Part shown: in pieces, positions 1 through 12,639 of the stretch | Layout of the letters: each line of letters opens with the position of its first letter | How positions within the stretch are numbered: the stretch's first letter is position 1 | Assembly (NCBI GenBank): GCA_031763465.1 | Contig: JARFOE010000162.1 | Location: 9,192,370-9,225,969 of the forward strand | Length of the DNA stretch: 33,600 nucleotides | Source: Squatina squatina | Lineage: Eukaryota | Reading direction: 5' to 3' | The notes under the pieces: model-generated | Seen by the model: only the letters and a program-made list of their open reading frames with translations | Database searches by the model: none | What the model was told of the DNA's origin: nothing | Program-made: the position numbers and the translations under genes

Positions 1-248
1 CATACTTCTACTGATCTCTGTGTTTTTGGAGATCAACAGAAGTATGAATGGGAGATGCCCCATCAGGTAGGGGCCTCCCACGTGATCCCAGCAGTGTATT
101 CGGACCACATACGCTGGAGATATACCTGGGCCACTCCGCCTACGTTCCTGTGGAGGCCCAGGAACGGAAGTTTCCGCAGCCCCCGGACCACCAGGTACTT
201 GTGTAGAAATCCTTCCAGTCGGAGGCCTCCGCACGCTATTATTGGGCC
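1..248. mobile_element. Partial non-autonomous DNA transposon (MITE), same family as 12778-13491 and 29668-30178
   Basis: Hairpin catacttct..tgatctc/gagatca..agaagtatg followed by aatggga, then cctcccacgtgatccc and a gtcggaggc..gggcc end; these blocks are colinear with the two other copies. Confidence 0.6.
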
Positions 249-1265
249 ATTATGCTTGAGCACGTGACTGCACTCGTGTTCAGATATCCATTCATCCAAA
301 CCACAAGTAAATTACAGTACTGTATTCTCAAACTCCCTACATATGTAGGGAAAATCTGACCAAAGCCCGTTGCCACAAAATTTACCAAATAGTGTTGGAA
401 GGGAGCTGGCCAACTTTATGTAAAGAAAATGCAGACAACACTCAAACAGAGAATCCCTGCTGTATTCAGAACTTTCTATTGTTAGCTACAGCTATGAGTT
501 AATTTATTTCACTGGTTGCAAAATTACAGCTAAATGTTTCAAGAAAAAATTATTCCATAACCTGGGAGCCATCTCTGATAACCATTAGATAGTTCTCGAA
601 GTTCTGAATTACTGCTCTCTACAGATGCCATGATTGCCCTGCCACAAGGGCAAATTTAGAGATATATCCAGGTTTTCTTTATTCTTTTATATATCACTAT
701 GCTTTGCAGGAAAAGGAATGTGTGTGCTGTGAGTACTTACTATGTGAAGACATCTGCGTTGAACTTTTAGCATACAGCATATATCATTGATAATACCATC
801 GAGAATGATCTGTGAGCCAAACAACTGTGTGTCGTTGTAGTACAGGTCTCTGAAATAAAAATGACCATACTGCTAACACAGGCTATTAATGCATTGGTGA
901 AATGTACAGCTCTTTCAACTGTGAAATGATATCAGGTTTTTCCAACACAGAAGCGAAATACTGCAGATGCTGGAATCTAGAATATAAACANNNNNNNNNN
1001 NNNNNNNNNNNNNNNNNNNNNNNNNNNNNNNNNNNNNNNNNNNNNNNNNNNNNNNNNNNNNNNNNNNNNNNNNNNNNNNNNNNNNNNNNNAGCTACAAAC
1101 TGGGTACACCACCATCCATGACCAATTAGTGTTCCTGGGCGGCATGAAGCTCGGGAGGTGTTCGTTTCTAAAATGTACCCCATCGTGATCAACTTCATTA
1201 ACCATGAGAAACTTTTCATTTGATGCCAAATTAGCTTTCACTTGAGTTGAAGTTACTGAGCTTAC

Positions 1266-2235
1266 CCTTCAAGCGATTCAGTGTCACCCAGTAATGCTCA
1301 TCGGGGCTGTAGGTATCCCGGGACCACTCGAGAAGAGCTTTTGCACGCGCATCTTCCAGTACAAACTGCACAAATTTTCTAGTGAGTACATAGTATGCAC
1401 TTCCAAAGTAAATTGTGATTTCCAGTGGTGGTGCAGCTTTCTTCTTGTTAAGCCGATAAATATAGGTGTTACCATTATCTGTCTGCTCTTTATAAATATA
1501 CTCTGTCCTGTATTTCATATGTGGTGGTTGTTGTACTCCTGGTGTGATATTCTTGCCTTCCCATTTGCTCTTTATGTACCAAATGATTTCCCTGTTGGTT
1601 TTAATTGGGAAGTCTTGTCCACAGAGGTTGATGACGTGCTTCCAGTTGACTGCTGAGTTTACAAGATCTTTCATACAATTTATGTCTGCTTGCNNNNGTG
1701 AGAATCCACCGTAAACTACATGTTCCATTTTTGAAGCAATAAAAATGTTATCAAAGCAGTCAGCCATGCCCTTTACCTTTCTCTTGTAATCTTCTGGTGA
1801 CTTTTGATCAATATGGATGCAGTAAACATTCTGTGGACTATAAATTGCTCGCAGAAGTTTTACAAACATTTCAAGCTCTTTGTGGATAGTGATAATGTAA
1901 GCCAGGGGATAACTGGCTTCTTCTTGTGACAGATAACTTGTTATGAAGTGATGTTCTAGTACGATTCTGGAGCAGTTAACTGGGTCCTGAATGTGGAATG
2001 ATTCTAGTTTCTCTTTTTGGCAGATGTCTCCAAGCAGGCATGCATCCTCTTCACCATTTAAAATTGCAGGACAGCACCTGCTGAAATTACACTGGAATCC
2101 ACTGTTGCTCTTTAGCTCATTTTGCACAGTAGGATCCTTAATGTCATGTGAAATTTTGTAGAATAATACAATTATTCCCACAACAATTAAAACACTTAAC
2201 GTGAAGTACCATTTCACTTCCACAAGTTTGACCAT
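1266..2235 (-). CDS. GCNT7: Beta-1,6-N-acetylglucosaminyltransferase (GT14, core-2/I-branching family), large first coding exon
   Basis: N-terminal type II membrane anchor; motifs YPLAYIITIHKELEMFVKLLRAIYSPQNVYCIHID, INLCGQDFPIKTN, KNITPGVQQP, YFGSAY, DTYSPDEHYWVTLNR. The exon ends at AAG G|GTAAG (donor 1265-1264, phase 1), as in the first exon of GCNT2-type genes, so the ORF tail KLSNFNSSES is intronic. Possible acceptor ctctttgcag at 2303. GCNT7 is preferred over GCNT2 on motifs and on RTF2/BMP7 synteny. Downstream exons not seen. Confidence 0.88.
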
Positions 2236-2544
2236 ATTAGAATTTTAACCCTCTGTCACAGATCATGCAGCAATTGAGATTCCAGCTTTCCTGTCCATTT
2301 ATCTGCAAAGAGTAATAGCAGGGTTAATGACCTGATTTTGTTTGTCTTAAATACAGAATTAATAAATAACCAATCTTTTGAATATTGCGTAAAATGTAAA
2401 AAGTTGGTTACTACTGGTTTCAAGGCAATGTATTGTGTTGAATTNNNNNNNNNNNNNNNNNNNNNNNNNNNNNNNNNNNNNNNNNNNNNNNNNNNNNNNN
2501 NNNNNNNNNNNNNNNNNNNNNNNNNNNNNNNNNNNNNNNNNNNN

Positions 2545-3475
2545 CTGGCCCCTCTGTTCTTGCAAACTACCGCTCCATCTCTAGCCTCCCTTTCCTCTCC
2601 AATGTCCTTGAATGTGTTGTCGTCTCCCAAATCCGTGCTCATCTTTCCTGGAAGTCCATGTTTGCATCTCTTCAATCAGGTTTCCGCCCCTGCCAAAGTA
2701 CCGAAACGGCTCTCATCAGACTCACAGATAACAACATTTGTGACCGCGACAAAGGTAAACTATCCCTCCTTGTCCATCTTGACCTGTCTGCAGCCATCCT
2801 CCTCCAATGCCTCTCCACTGTCGTCCAGCTGGGTGGGACTGGACTCGACTGGCTACATTCTTATCTATCTAATTGTAGCCAGAGAATCCCCTGCAATGGC
2901 TGCTCTTCCCACTCTCGCATCGTTACCTTTGGTGTCCCTCAAGGATCTATCCTTAGCCCCCTCATTTACATGCCGCCCCCTAGGTGACATCATCCGAAAA
3001 CACATGTACGCTGATGACACCCAGCTCTACCCTGCCACCACTTCTCTCAACCACCCCAAGGTCTCTAAATTGTCAGACTGCTTGTCCGACATCCAATACT
3101 GGATGAGCAGAAATTTTCTCCAACTAAATATTGGGAAACCAGAAGCCATTGTCTTCGGTCCCTGCCACAAACCCAGTTCACTAACCACCGATTCCACCCC
3201 TCTCCTTGGCATATGTCTGAGGCTAAGCTGGACTGTTCACAATCTTAGTGTCATATTTGATCCTGAAATGAGCTTTTGACCACAAATCCACGCCATAACT
3301 AAGAGCACCTATATCAACTCGGTAACAACGCCTGTCTCTGTCCTTACATCAGCTCATCTTCTGCTGAAACCCTCATCCATGCCTTTACTACCTCTAGACT
3401 TGACTATTCCAATGCACTCCTAGCTGGCCTCCCATGTTCTACCTTATGTAAACTTGAGGTCATCCAAAACTTGGC
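2545..3475 (+). mobile_element. L2-clade LINE reverse transcriptase fragment, frameshifted
   Basis: QSGFRPCQSTETAL, LDLSAA and GVPQGSILSPL in one frame; HMYADDTQLY and WMSRNFLQLNIGK in another; later SRLDYSNALL-type sequence. Confidence 0.9.
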
Positions 3476-3575
3476 NNNNNNNNNNNNNNNNNNNNNNNNN
3501 NNNNNNNNNNNNNNNNNNNNNNNNNNNNNNNNNNNNNNNNNNNNNNNNNNNNNNNNNNNNNNNNNNNNNNNNNNN

Positions 3576-4303
3576 TCATTGAATATTTATTGGATAAATC
3601 TCCAGAGAACTGTATCATAGAAACTGCGACACTCATTAAAAGCCTTAAGGATGTCAAGGAGCTAAATCCAACTGACAATGCAGCCTGGAAAGGCAACAAG
3701 GCCAACACAAAGGGTGGCAGGTAACATGCTGCTTTCAGCTGTCCCATGGTTAGTTTGTAAATGAATGAACGACAGAAATTTTGCTACCTCCGTGTCTGTG
3801 GCTGCCTTCTCAGACCAGGCTTTGAAGAAGATATTGACTGAAGTTTGCCACAAGTGTCGGGAATCCTTCAACGAAGATGATGTGATTGTACTGAACGGGA
3901 GTAAATAGGAAATGGCGGGTCTTCGAATGAAAATGGAGGAAAGAAAACTCACAGGAAACTGGTGAGGAAAGCAAATAAATCTAAGGCAACAGCGGCTGTT
4001 TCAAAATCTGCACTTACCAAGGAAATCTCAGGGCCCTCGAGCCAGGAACCCCCAGAAAATAAAGTATCCATTGACAAGATACCGAGTGCTTTTTAGAGCA
4101 CTTCCAGTACAGTAAATGCACAGTCATCGGCATCTTCCACACCCACTCCATCNNNNNNNNNNCTGGGAAAGCTTGTAAATCTGTTCCTGGCCTCACCAAA
4201 TGATCTCTAACAGAAACTGGGGCAAAATCTGAGGCTTACAAATCCATCTTCACATCCCATAAGCTAACGCTCAAGGATCACTCACACAGCTTACTACTAC
4301 TGA
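3576..4303 (+). pseudogene. RTF2: Processed (intronless) pseudogene of replication termination factor 2 (RTF2/RTFDC1), 5' end cut by gap
   Basis: Manual translation: IEYLLDKSPE..IKSLKDVKELNPTDNAAWKGNKANTKGGR*HAAFSCPMVSL*MNERQKFCYLRVCGC / FSDQALKKILTEVCHKCRESFNEDDVIVLNGSK*EMAGLRMKMEERKL / ..GKACKSVPGLTK*SL..KSEAYKSIFTSH / ITHTAYYY*. This is colinear with vertebrate RTF2 to its C-terminus. Stops at 3722, 3758 and 3906, frameshift near 3806, no introns. Confidence 0.9.
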
Positions 4304-7068
4304 GATGGTCAGCAATGCTTAAAAAAATTATATATTCTTGTTTTTCCTTACCTGGCTTTAATTTGATGGGATGTAGCTTTATTATCTTTAGATAAAAGCA
4401 CTGTTCCACTATGGAGAAGGTGAATCTACAGGTGAGCAATTGTTTGTAGAGTTCTGTCAGCCTTCCCCTTGTGTGGACACTTGGTACTATTTTAAATATT
4501 GAAAGTTTACCATGTGCTTCGAATGTACCTCGATGTGTGCAAGTGCAGCTTAGCAATGAATTATCACTCAACAAGCTACATCTGAGTGGCTAGGATCCAA
4601 TCCACTGGTTTACTGAAATAACATTTTGTAAAGCTATCTGATGACACCTCTATCAATGGATAATTACATTTTTATTTAAAAAAAGGGTGCGGGGGTGTGG
4701 GGGTTTGGAGAATGGGGAAAGACTGCGGCCCAGCAGATGTCGTAATGCCACCGCCAGCGACAGGAGTCGGAGGGGAAAAAGTGCAGGGACCGCTGTTTGG
4801 AGAGGAACTGACCGTCTGTAAACAAAGATGCCGTCCTACTACCAGCTGGCTGTAGCAGCGCCGGGATAGGGCCCATTAAATCTGTCAGTCCACGGTGAAG
4901 AGCTGGCCAAAGAGAAAATCTGACATCATAATCTGGGCAGCATTTTAAATTTTTTTTAAAANNNNNNNNNNNNNNNNNNNNNNNNNNNNNNNNNNNNNNN
5001 NNNNNNNNNNNNNNNNNNNNNNNNNNNNNNNNNNNNNNNNNNNNNNNNNNNNNNNNNNNNNTCGTTCGAAGAGCTGGCACAGACATGATGGGACCTCCAT
5101 CTGCATTGTAAGATATTAGGATTCAACAAAGCTAAAAAGAGATGCAGAGAAAGAGGCAATGGGACAAGCAGAGACAATAGCATTTCAAATGTTTGATTTT
5201 TATTCAAAATGTAATAAATCTATATTTGTGTAAGTTTGTTGCTGCACTTTGAGTTTCAGTGTAAACAGAGTGCGAGTTCAGAGAAGCGGGCTGACACAGG
5301 GAGGCAGACATTTCCCTGGATCAGCCAGCAGTTCATGGGTTAAAACACTTTCTTTCAGAACAGGTTAGCAGAGAAAGCGAAGTCTGGTCGCCCTTCAGTA
5401 CAGGTGTTCAATCACCAGACTGAACACAGCACATCATTGAGAACGTGACTGTGAGCTGTGGAGACGAGATCTCTCACATTCTACCCACAACAGTAGACTT
5501 GGAAGACCACCAAACGGATTCTCTTCTTTTATTAATTTAAAAGGAGGCTATATCTAGTTTTTAATAATGAATTCCCTGTGTTAATAGAGGTACATCGAGT
5601 GATTGACACAGCTCATTAACTTACTGCTTTGTTAATTATTGAAGGGGTGGGAAAAGTCAATAAAACAGGAAGGAATGCATTCCAATTCTAATTAGTTTGT
5701 TGTGTCCTTGTAGGCCTATTAGGAAGTAAATTAATAATTGCCTGGGTATTCACCGCTTTGAAATGAAGGAAATGAATATACAGAGGGAATGATTGCTCTT
5801 AAAACTGCAGCTGTCCTTGACAATCTTCTACTCTCTGCTCCACCAATTCACATATCCCATAAAATATTCCCATTGTTTCAGCGATGGCGGCTCCACAGTC
5901 TCACTCCAGCCTTTTGATTGGAGGATGTGTCGCCTCAGTGTTTGGAACATAGGTTGGCACGGGCCTTGAATCCAGGCTTCAGCCTCAGATAAAGGGCCAG
6001 GACTCTGGTAAAGGTGGTCTCAATAAACAATGGTTCAGGCCAATTTAATACAACCCCCTTACCTCTCCCACAGACAGAGACAGTTACTTCCAAATTGGCC
6101 TCGAACTAATAAACAGTGTGGGTAGTGCATAGGCTGAAGAAGAGGAGAGGAAAGGAGATTGCTCATGGTTTGTGCAACCCGACTGATGTGTGTCATTAGA
6201 ACATAACANNNNNNNNNNNNNNNNNNNNNNNNNNNNNNNNNNNNNNNNNNNNNNNNNNNNNNNNNNNNNNNNNNNNNNNNNNNNNNNNNNNNNNNNNNNN
6301 NNNNNNNNATTTGGTCTGAATATATTTTCCAAGAATAATTCTTGTGTTTACAAGCAGATATCTGTGGGCCAGGACAAGTGGTGAAGACACATCAAGCGAT
6401 GGGAGTCAGACTCAGTGTGGAGTCTGACACCCGGTGCCAGGCATGCTTGTCACAAATCAAGGCTGTTTTGAGTGTGTGGTTGTGGTGACACGTAAGCCAG
6501 ATTCACGCAAAACACGTTGCCTCGGAGCGGGCATTCGAGTGATGCATGGAGGCTTTGGCACCGCATAGCATTTGCATCCTTTTAGTTCACACCATTGAGA
6601 GGGAGTGATTTTTTAATAAGGAACAACTGTGTTTGCATCATATGGGAGTTTAAAGTCGCTGAATATATTTGATCAGATTACAGAAAACAGCCGCACCTCC
6701 AAGTGTCCAACATCTGCTCAGTATCTCAATGGAATCCGTGCAAAGGGTCTAAAATAGTCAAACTACTTAGAGAATAAGGCTTAAGAATGGTGAAAAAGCA
6801 CAGACATCAGATCGCGTCAAGTTATTCTGTGTTCGAAGCTCCAGCAGATTCCATGGCAAACATTTCTCCTGTCGCAGATTCCATTTCTGATCCTTGAAAT
6901 ACTTCAAAGACTGTCTTCCACTGTCTCCCTTACAGATTTCTCCCTTCAATTCTTAAGAGTTTTAAAACNNNNNNNNNNNNNNNNNNNNNNNNNNNNNNNN
7001 NNNNNNNNNNNNNNNNNNNNNNNNNNNNNNNNNNNNNNNNNNNNNNNNNNNNNNNNNNNNNNNNNNNN

Positions 7069-7257
7069 ACCCCAAAGGGCTGTGGATGCTGAGTCATGGA
7101 GTATATTTAAGGCTGAGATGCATACATTTTTGGAATCGAGGGATATGGGGATCTGGCAAGAAAGTGGAGGAGATCAATGATCAGTCATGATATTAAATGG
7201 CAGTGTAGGCTTGAGGGGCTGTATGGCCTATTCCTGCTCCTGTTTCTTATGTTTTCA
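7069..7257 (+). mobile_element. CR1 LINE 3' end
   Basis: gctgtggatgctgagtca..tttaaggctgagat..gggatatgggga..gatcagtcatga..ggcctattcctgctcctgtttcttatgtt; similar to 9769-9868, 9953-10080 and 31571-31696. Confidence 0.75.
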
Positions 7258-7607
7258 TAATATGTTTGCCTATTTGAAGCAATCCGGTACTAATGCAACA
7301 AAAACTATGCACATGACATTTTCAAATGTGAAGGACAATTTTCCTATGGAGTTACAAAACTTTTAATTGTATTAATTTGGTTTGTGACTTTATATTACAA
7401 TCACATCCTGTTTCTCCTATTCTGGCTTTGCATAAAACACTCAACGTGCACATCATTGATCCCCTTCATTATTTAAAAAAAAGCTTGGATAAAGTCTTGT
7501 AATCTTTCCTCTGCAGAGAATTGATTAACTTCCTTCACATGGCTCAGTGATTTAAAAACTGGAATAATCTTTGTTTCCCTTCTTTGACTTTCTTCCGCTG
7601 TATCTAT

Positions 7608-8060
7608 GGGTTAGAAATTGGTATGTGTTGTGCCTGTTTTTTGGGGCATAATCATACCAATTTAGCAGTGTTCAATCTGTGTAGGCGTTAGTCCCTCTGC
7701 TAAATGCATGGGACCTTTTTTTAAAGGCGTCGTGGGTATGTGTATTCGGTGCCCAATGCCCGTTGACCGACTCCATTGCGAAATCAGTTGGCTACCAATG
7801 GGGCCGCGTCGGGCCTGTCCCACTCAGGATTATACACCAGTTCCCGCTGCCGCCGCCAATTTCACGCAAGTTTAGAAAAATGTTTTTTTTTAAATAAGCC
7901 CATCCTGTGGAACCAGGCGTGGAAGAATGTTCATCCGACTCCACAGTAATCGCGTTTCCCGCCCCCGCCATGCCATAACCCAAACCCGCTTCAATCGCCT
8001 CCCTCATGGACACTTCTGTCCTCGGTCGGGTGAGCTGCCTGTAGGCCGAGCCGAGACCTT
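7608..8060. mobile_element. GC-rich MITE-like DNA transposon remnant
   Basis: Abrupt GC/CpG-rich block starting tat|gggttagaaattgg within AT-rich DNA. The right end is not resolved. Confidence 0.35.
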
Positions 8061-9768
8061 TGTCTTTCCTTCTGAAAATTAATAATCATTATAATTTCAA
8101 AACATTTCAACGGCCCACATCAATCTGTTCACCCCTACAAATTGAAAACACAAAGAAAAAATAGTTAGCACTAAATTGTTAATGAACGGAAAATGAGAGA
8201 ATTTGCATCTGGGCAAATTAGCTTAATAAGCAAGTGACACGTTCGACCTGAATAAGCAATCATCTCTCTGGCAAAATAGCCGTCAGACGTTGTACTGCTT
8301 CAGGTGCTGTGGGAAATGTAGAAAGGACAAGGCTCGCCAAAGGCACCAGCTATATTGATGCAACCTGTGTCAAAAGTTCAAAGGAAATAGAAAAATGATG
8401 CCCAAATTCGCAAGTTGCTTGCCGTCAGTACACAAAGCACGTGCAGAATTATACAGCAACTTGTTTTTCGCCCATCGACTCATTGTACTTTTAAGTTATC
8501 AACTTAAAATGAGACGATTAATGCTGTAAGGCGCTAACTGCACCAAACTATATTTTTATCAACAGTGTGATCCAGAGGTTCAATCCGGAATCAACAAAAG
8601 AATGTGGCTAAATTATAGAACTCCGCAAACCATTTTGAGATTACTATGGATCCTGGTAAAGTGTTGCAAAGAGGCAGAACAAAATTCGGAATGAGGACAT
8701 CATGACTCTTCTCAAGGCAACTTATGGTGAGGCTTAAAAAGATTTGAATTACAAGCAGAGGTGCTGTACATCAAAACGCAACAATAGTTACTGAACTCGA
8801 CAAGGACACCATTCTGTGAAGTACATTGTAAGGTTTTGTGAAAGGAATATGCTGCAATATGAATTCTAAGATTGACTTTCCTCTTTATTAGGAGCATGGG
8901 ATTGTTTCAATTATTTAGCCATAACAGTTGAATACAAGATCAAGAAAATAATCAGAAACTGTGTTTTCCCCTTATTTCTTTGCATGCCCATGACTTTCTC
9001 TTTTCCATTTTGCCCTGTATTTCTTCAGTAGCTTATTGTTTATTTCTTCCTTGTAATATTAATCTCCTGCCCCCACCCGACTACCATTTTTCTCTTCCCT
9101 TTTGCATTTTTACCTTGCCTTCTAGATTTCATTTACACTTTTCCCCGTGTTCGAATTTCAACCCATTTTTTGACTTCTTCCAATGTTTGCGCTACCATGA
9201 AGGAGGCACAAGCTTGACAGAAGCCACTTTTGCCTGAAAACATTTCAATATCCAGACAATTGTTTAAAATGTTTGCCGTGCAAATTGCGATCTTTGAAAT
9301 GTAGAAAACAGTAGTGAACTAAAAGTTAATTGATATGGACCGACAAAAAATGATCGGCATTTCATTCAAGGCTTTTCCATAAATTTCCTGGTCGGTTAAG
9401 GACATATTTGGCTGTTGCGCCTGCTAAACTTCCATTATCCACATTAAGGTTGTGCATACACTCGTCAGATTCAATTTACAAGTCATATTGTGTTCATCGT
9501 CACCACTAAAGGAGAATGATAGGAGAAAGAACAATCATAGTGATCTCCAGCGAATGAAGGACAAAATGAGAACATTGTCTTATGTTTACAGCTCAGAAAT
9601 ATGAAGTAAACATTGACATCAAGAATAAAAGTTTCATGCATAGATGAGGTGCACACAAAAATTAGATTNNNNNNNNNNNNNNNNNNNNNNNNNNNNNNNN
9701 NNNNNNNNNNNNNNNNNNNNNNNNNNNNNNNNNNNNNNNNNNNNNNNNNNNNNNNNNNNNNNNNNNNN

Positions 9769-10080
9769 ATATGATGCTGAGATAGAGGATCAGCCATGAT
9801 CATATTGAATGGTGGTGCAGGCTCGAAGGGCCGAATGGCCGACTCCTGCTCCTAGTTTTGATGTTTCTGTGAATGCAGTGGTTGTGTTATTCCAAGTTGT
9901 TTGCTCAGGTTTACTGAGTTTTCACTGTTTGACTGTTGTGTTTACTTTTGTTAAGTAAGGGTATTGAGGGACATGAAACAACAGCAGGCAAATGGAGCTG
10001 AGATAGAGGATCAGCCCTGATCTCATTAAATGGTGGAACAGGCTCGAGGGGCTGAATGGCCTCCTCCTGTTCCTATGCTT
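9769..10080 (+). mobile_element. Two CR1-type 3' tails (9769-9868 and 9953-10080)
   Basis: Both carry gctgagatagaggatcagcc.tgatc..att.aatggtgg..caggctcga.gggc.gaatggcc..ctcctg.tccta. Confidence 0.75.
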
Positions 10081-10894
10081 GAAAGGAAGAGCACGTAGGA
10101 GCTGGGCTAAGTTCTCTCTCTTTAAATAATACATTCCAGTGGAGATAGAGCTCTCGGCAGAGTCCTTCACACCTTCCTCACTGCAAGAAGGGTCACGGGT
10201 AGAATGGAGTTGTCCACGTCACACTGCTCCCTCAAAACCAGCAACTATTCTTCTTTAAGAGAGAAAATTCAGGAAGAAATAATGAATAAAATCTAAATTA
10301 GCAGCTCTTTATTACAGCTATTACAGTGTCAGGAGCTGTGGGCACAATTTCTAAAGATATTAGGTGACTTGAGACAGATCATTTTCTGTAATAGCTTTCT
10401 GTCCAAGAAATATTCGCGATTTGTGCTTTTAAGCAATTCAAACATAATTCAGGTTTAGGGCTTAGATTCACTCGCAAATAATTTGTCATTTGTTGGATGT
10501 ATCTCCTTGTCTCAAAGGGTGTGACATAATTGTTCATTTACCACTAAACCATCTAAAATTACAAAGTGTGCAGGATCAGTGGATGTGCAAAGCTTGTTAT
10601 TACCACTGATGGTTCAATTTCACACACCATTTAAAAACTGAGATTGAAAGCGTGTTTGTCATACCTTAATTTTAAGTTGCGTGTTGCTTTAATGATTAAT
10701 CAAGAAGGTTTCTGTGCTCTGAATTTGCAACAAAATAAGAAATAAAGTGGTTCGGAAAGCACCCGCTGCTGAGACTGTCTAATCCCATTACACTGCCTTC
10801 ACAGCTATTTCCTCTGGCTTTGCTGAATCGTATGAAAGGTGCTCGTCGGGTTAGGTCTGTTGTCTGCAGCAGGCTTCAAAGGGCTTTCAAAGAA

Positions 10895-11078
10895 CTGCAT
10901 AATATTCACAGCACAGAAACAGGCCATTTGGCCCAACTGGCCTGAGCTGGCGTTTAAGCTCCACAGGAGCATCCTCTTCACCGGACCCTATCAGCGTATC
11001 CTTCCGTTCCCACCTCCCTCATGTAGGTATTTAGTTTACCCTTAAATGCATCTATAACTGAGCTGATCCTTGTGGTAG
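10895..11078 (-). mobile_element. CR1 LINE 3' end, reverse orientation
   Basis: cagcacagaaacaggccatttggccca..ccttaaatgcatcta; the minus-strand translation DAFKGKLNTYMRE is typical of the CR1 ORF2 C-terminus. Confidence 0.7.
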
Positions 11079-12399
11079 NNNNNNNNNNNNNNNNNNNNNN
11101 NNNNNNNNNNNNNNNNNNNNNNNNNNNNNNNNNNNNNNNNNNNNNNNNNNNNNNNNNNNNNNNNNNNNNNNNNNNNNNCATGTCAACAATCGTATTACTG
11201 TACTTGGCAGGTTTTGTCAATCTGAGCCACAACTGTGAAATAAAAGCACACTTACTCACTGCAACTCAACCATGTCCAAGAGCTTCCAGGCTAGTCATCT
11301 TCTGTCATGAGACAATGAGATGACCTGGAGATCATGCCTATCTGTTTCGCTGACGATCGATAGAATGCCAACTGTAAGAGGTGGTGATGAATGATATGGA
11401 ATCCATGACACTGAACACCTCCTGCCCCTCCTAAGAAGATGAATCAAAAATTAAATAAAATGCTAATAAATCCACTCATGGATTAATCTGTCTGTCATCG
11501 CTCTCAGACATTGAGATACTGAATTGGAACTACTCCTGGCACTGAAAAAATGAAGAGATTTACTGTACATTTGATGGTTGGGAGAACTGATCTTGTTTTC
11601 CTTGTCATGTTGCATGGGGAGTTCAAAAACTATTGTATGTCAATGTGAAATGGATCTTTCTTTTCCCAGTTGCTGCTGGTCGACATTCCTTCAAACATTT
11701 CAAGGCTTCAGGTATCAGGACTTCAAGCATTTAAAGGAGCGATGCCTTGCAAATATCGCACTACAGCAATTTCAAAGGTTTGTGTTAGTCATGGTATCTC
11801 ACCCACATTGATGGGATCCTCTTGGGCTGTTAGGAGACCCAGGAGGTGTCGTTTCCCCCTACCCGCCATCATTTACCCGCTTGTGAAAATTTCACAGGGT
11901 CACAAGTCAATTTGACAGGCCAGTGTGAGCTCTTCAAAACCCTCCCCAAAGAACCTCTTTGGAAACAATTCTGGAGCTACCATATCTCAAATGTTCAGCC
12001 ACTCCACCAATCCGGGATTGGCAAGTGGGTGTGGCAGAGTCTCTGCCACACAGATCGGCCAACTTTTACTCGTTTAGAGTGAGACACACTCACGTTTGGT
12101 TCAGATTTGTGATCGGTTTTGATGCATTTCACTGAGTATTTAAACCAGTCTAATGTGCCTCCTGATGTTGATCATCAGTCTCACACCTCACCTTCTCCTT
12201 ACGTTGTCAGCCTTGGTATGAAGATCCCACACTGTCTAAATATCCCTTTATCTTTACTACTTCCATTTACAAACACCGATACCGGCCTGAGGGAATGAAA
12301 TCTTTCAATAAAACACAGTGAAGAAGAAAATTAAACAGAGATAACTGTACTGAACCCATATTGGCCTATTGCCCTTTCTCTGTTCCTTCCTCTCACCAT

Positions 12400-12605
12400 C
12401 ATGGCTCAATTTGTAGCACTTTCACCTCTTGAGTTAGATGATCGTGGGTTCAAAGTCAGCTCCAAGTTGGGCACATGACCTAGGCTGACACCTCAGTGCA
12501 ATAATGAGGGAGTCTGTATTGCTGGAGGTGTAACCTCTGGGTGAAAATGTTAAATGAAAGCCACAGTCTGCTTGTCACGGTAATTATTCAGAGAAGAACA
12601 GATTG
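12400..12605 (+). mobile_element. Degraded tRNA-derived Deu-domain SINE (SacSINE1-like)
   Basis: A-box tggctca, B-box gggttcaaa, then ctaggctgacacctcagtgca..tgagggagt; homologous to 26348-26528. Confidence 0.65.
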
Positions 12606-12639
12606 TTCGACCAAGGCTTCATCCTCGGAGCTTGAATTC

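Noticed and set aside
700-735. Possible 19-bp micro-exon (ctttgcag..gtgagt)
   Set aside because: Splice-like words only; no recognisable peptide or gene to assign it to.
951-990. aaatactgcagatgctggaatc, resembling a Penelope-like element end
   Set aside because: Only about 40 bp before a gap; too short to classify.
2338-3279. 313-aa ORF as an intact gene
   Set aside because: It spans a gap and is mostly an off-frame reading of a frameshifted L2 element.
3719-3726. AG|GTAAC as an RTF2 splice donor
   Set aside because: RTF2 homology continues in frame immediately after it, so it is a premature stop, not an intron.
6401-6432. Hairpin gggagtcagactc-agtgtg-gagtctgacaccc containing CAGTGT, resembling an iron-responsive element
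   Set aside because: The loop would be 8 nt rather than 6, the upstream C is paired rather than bulged, and there is no evidence it lies in a UTR.
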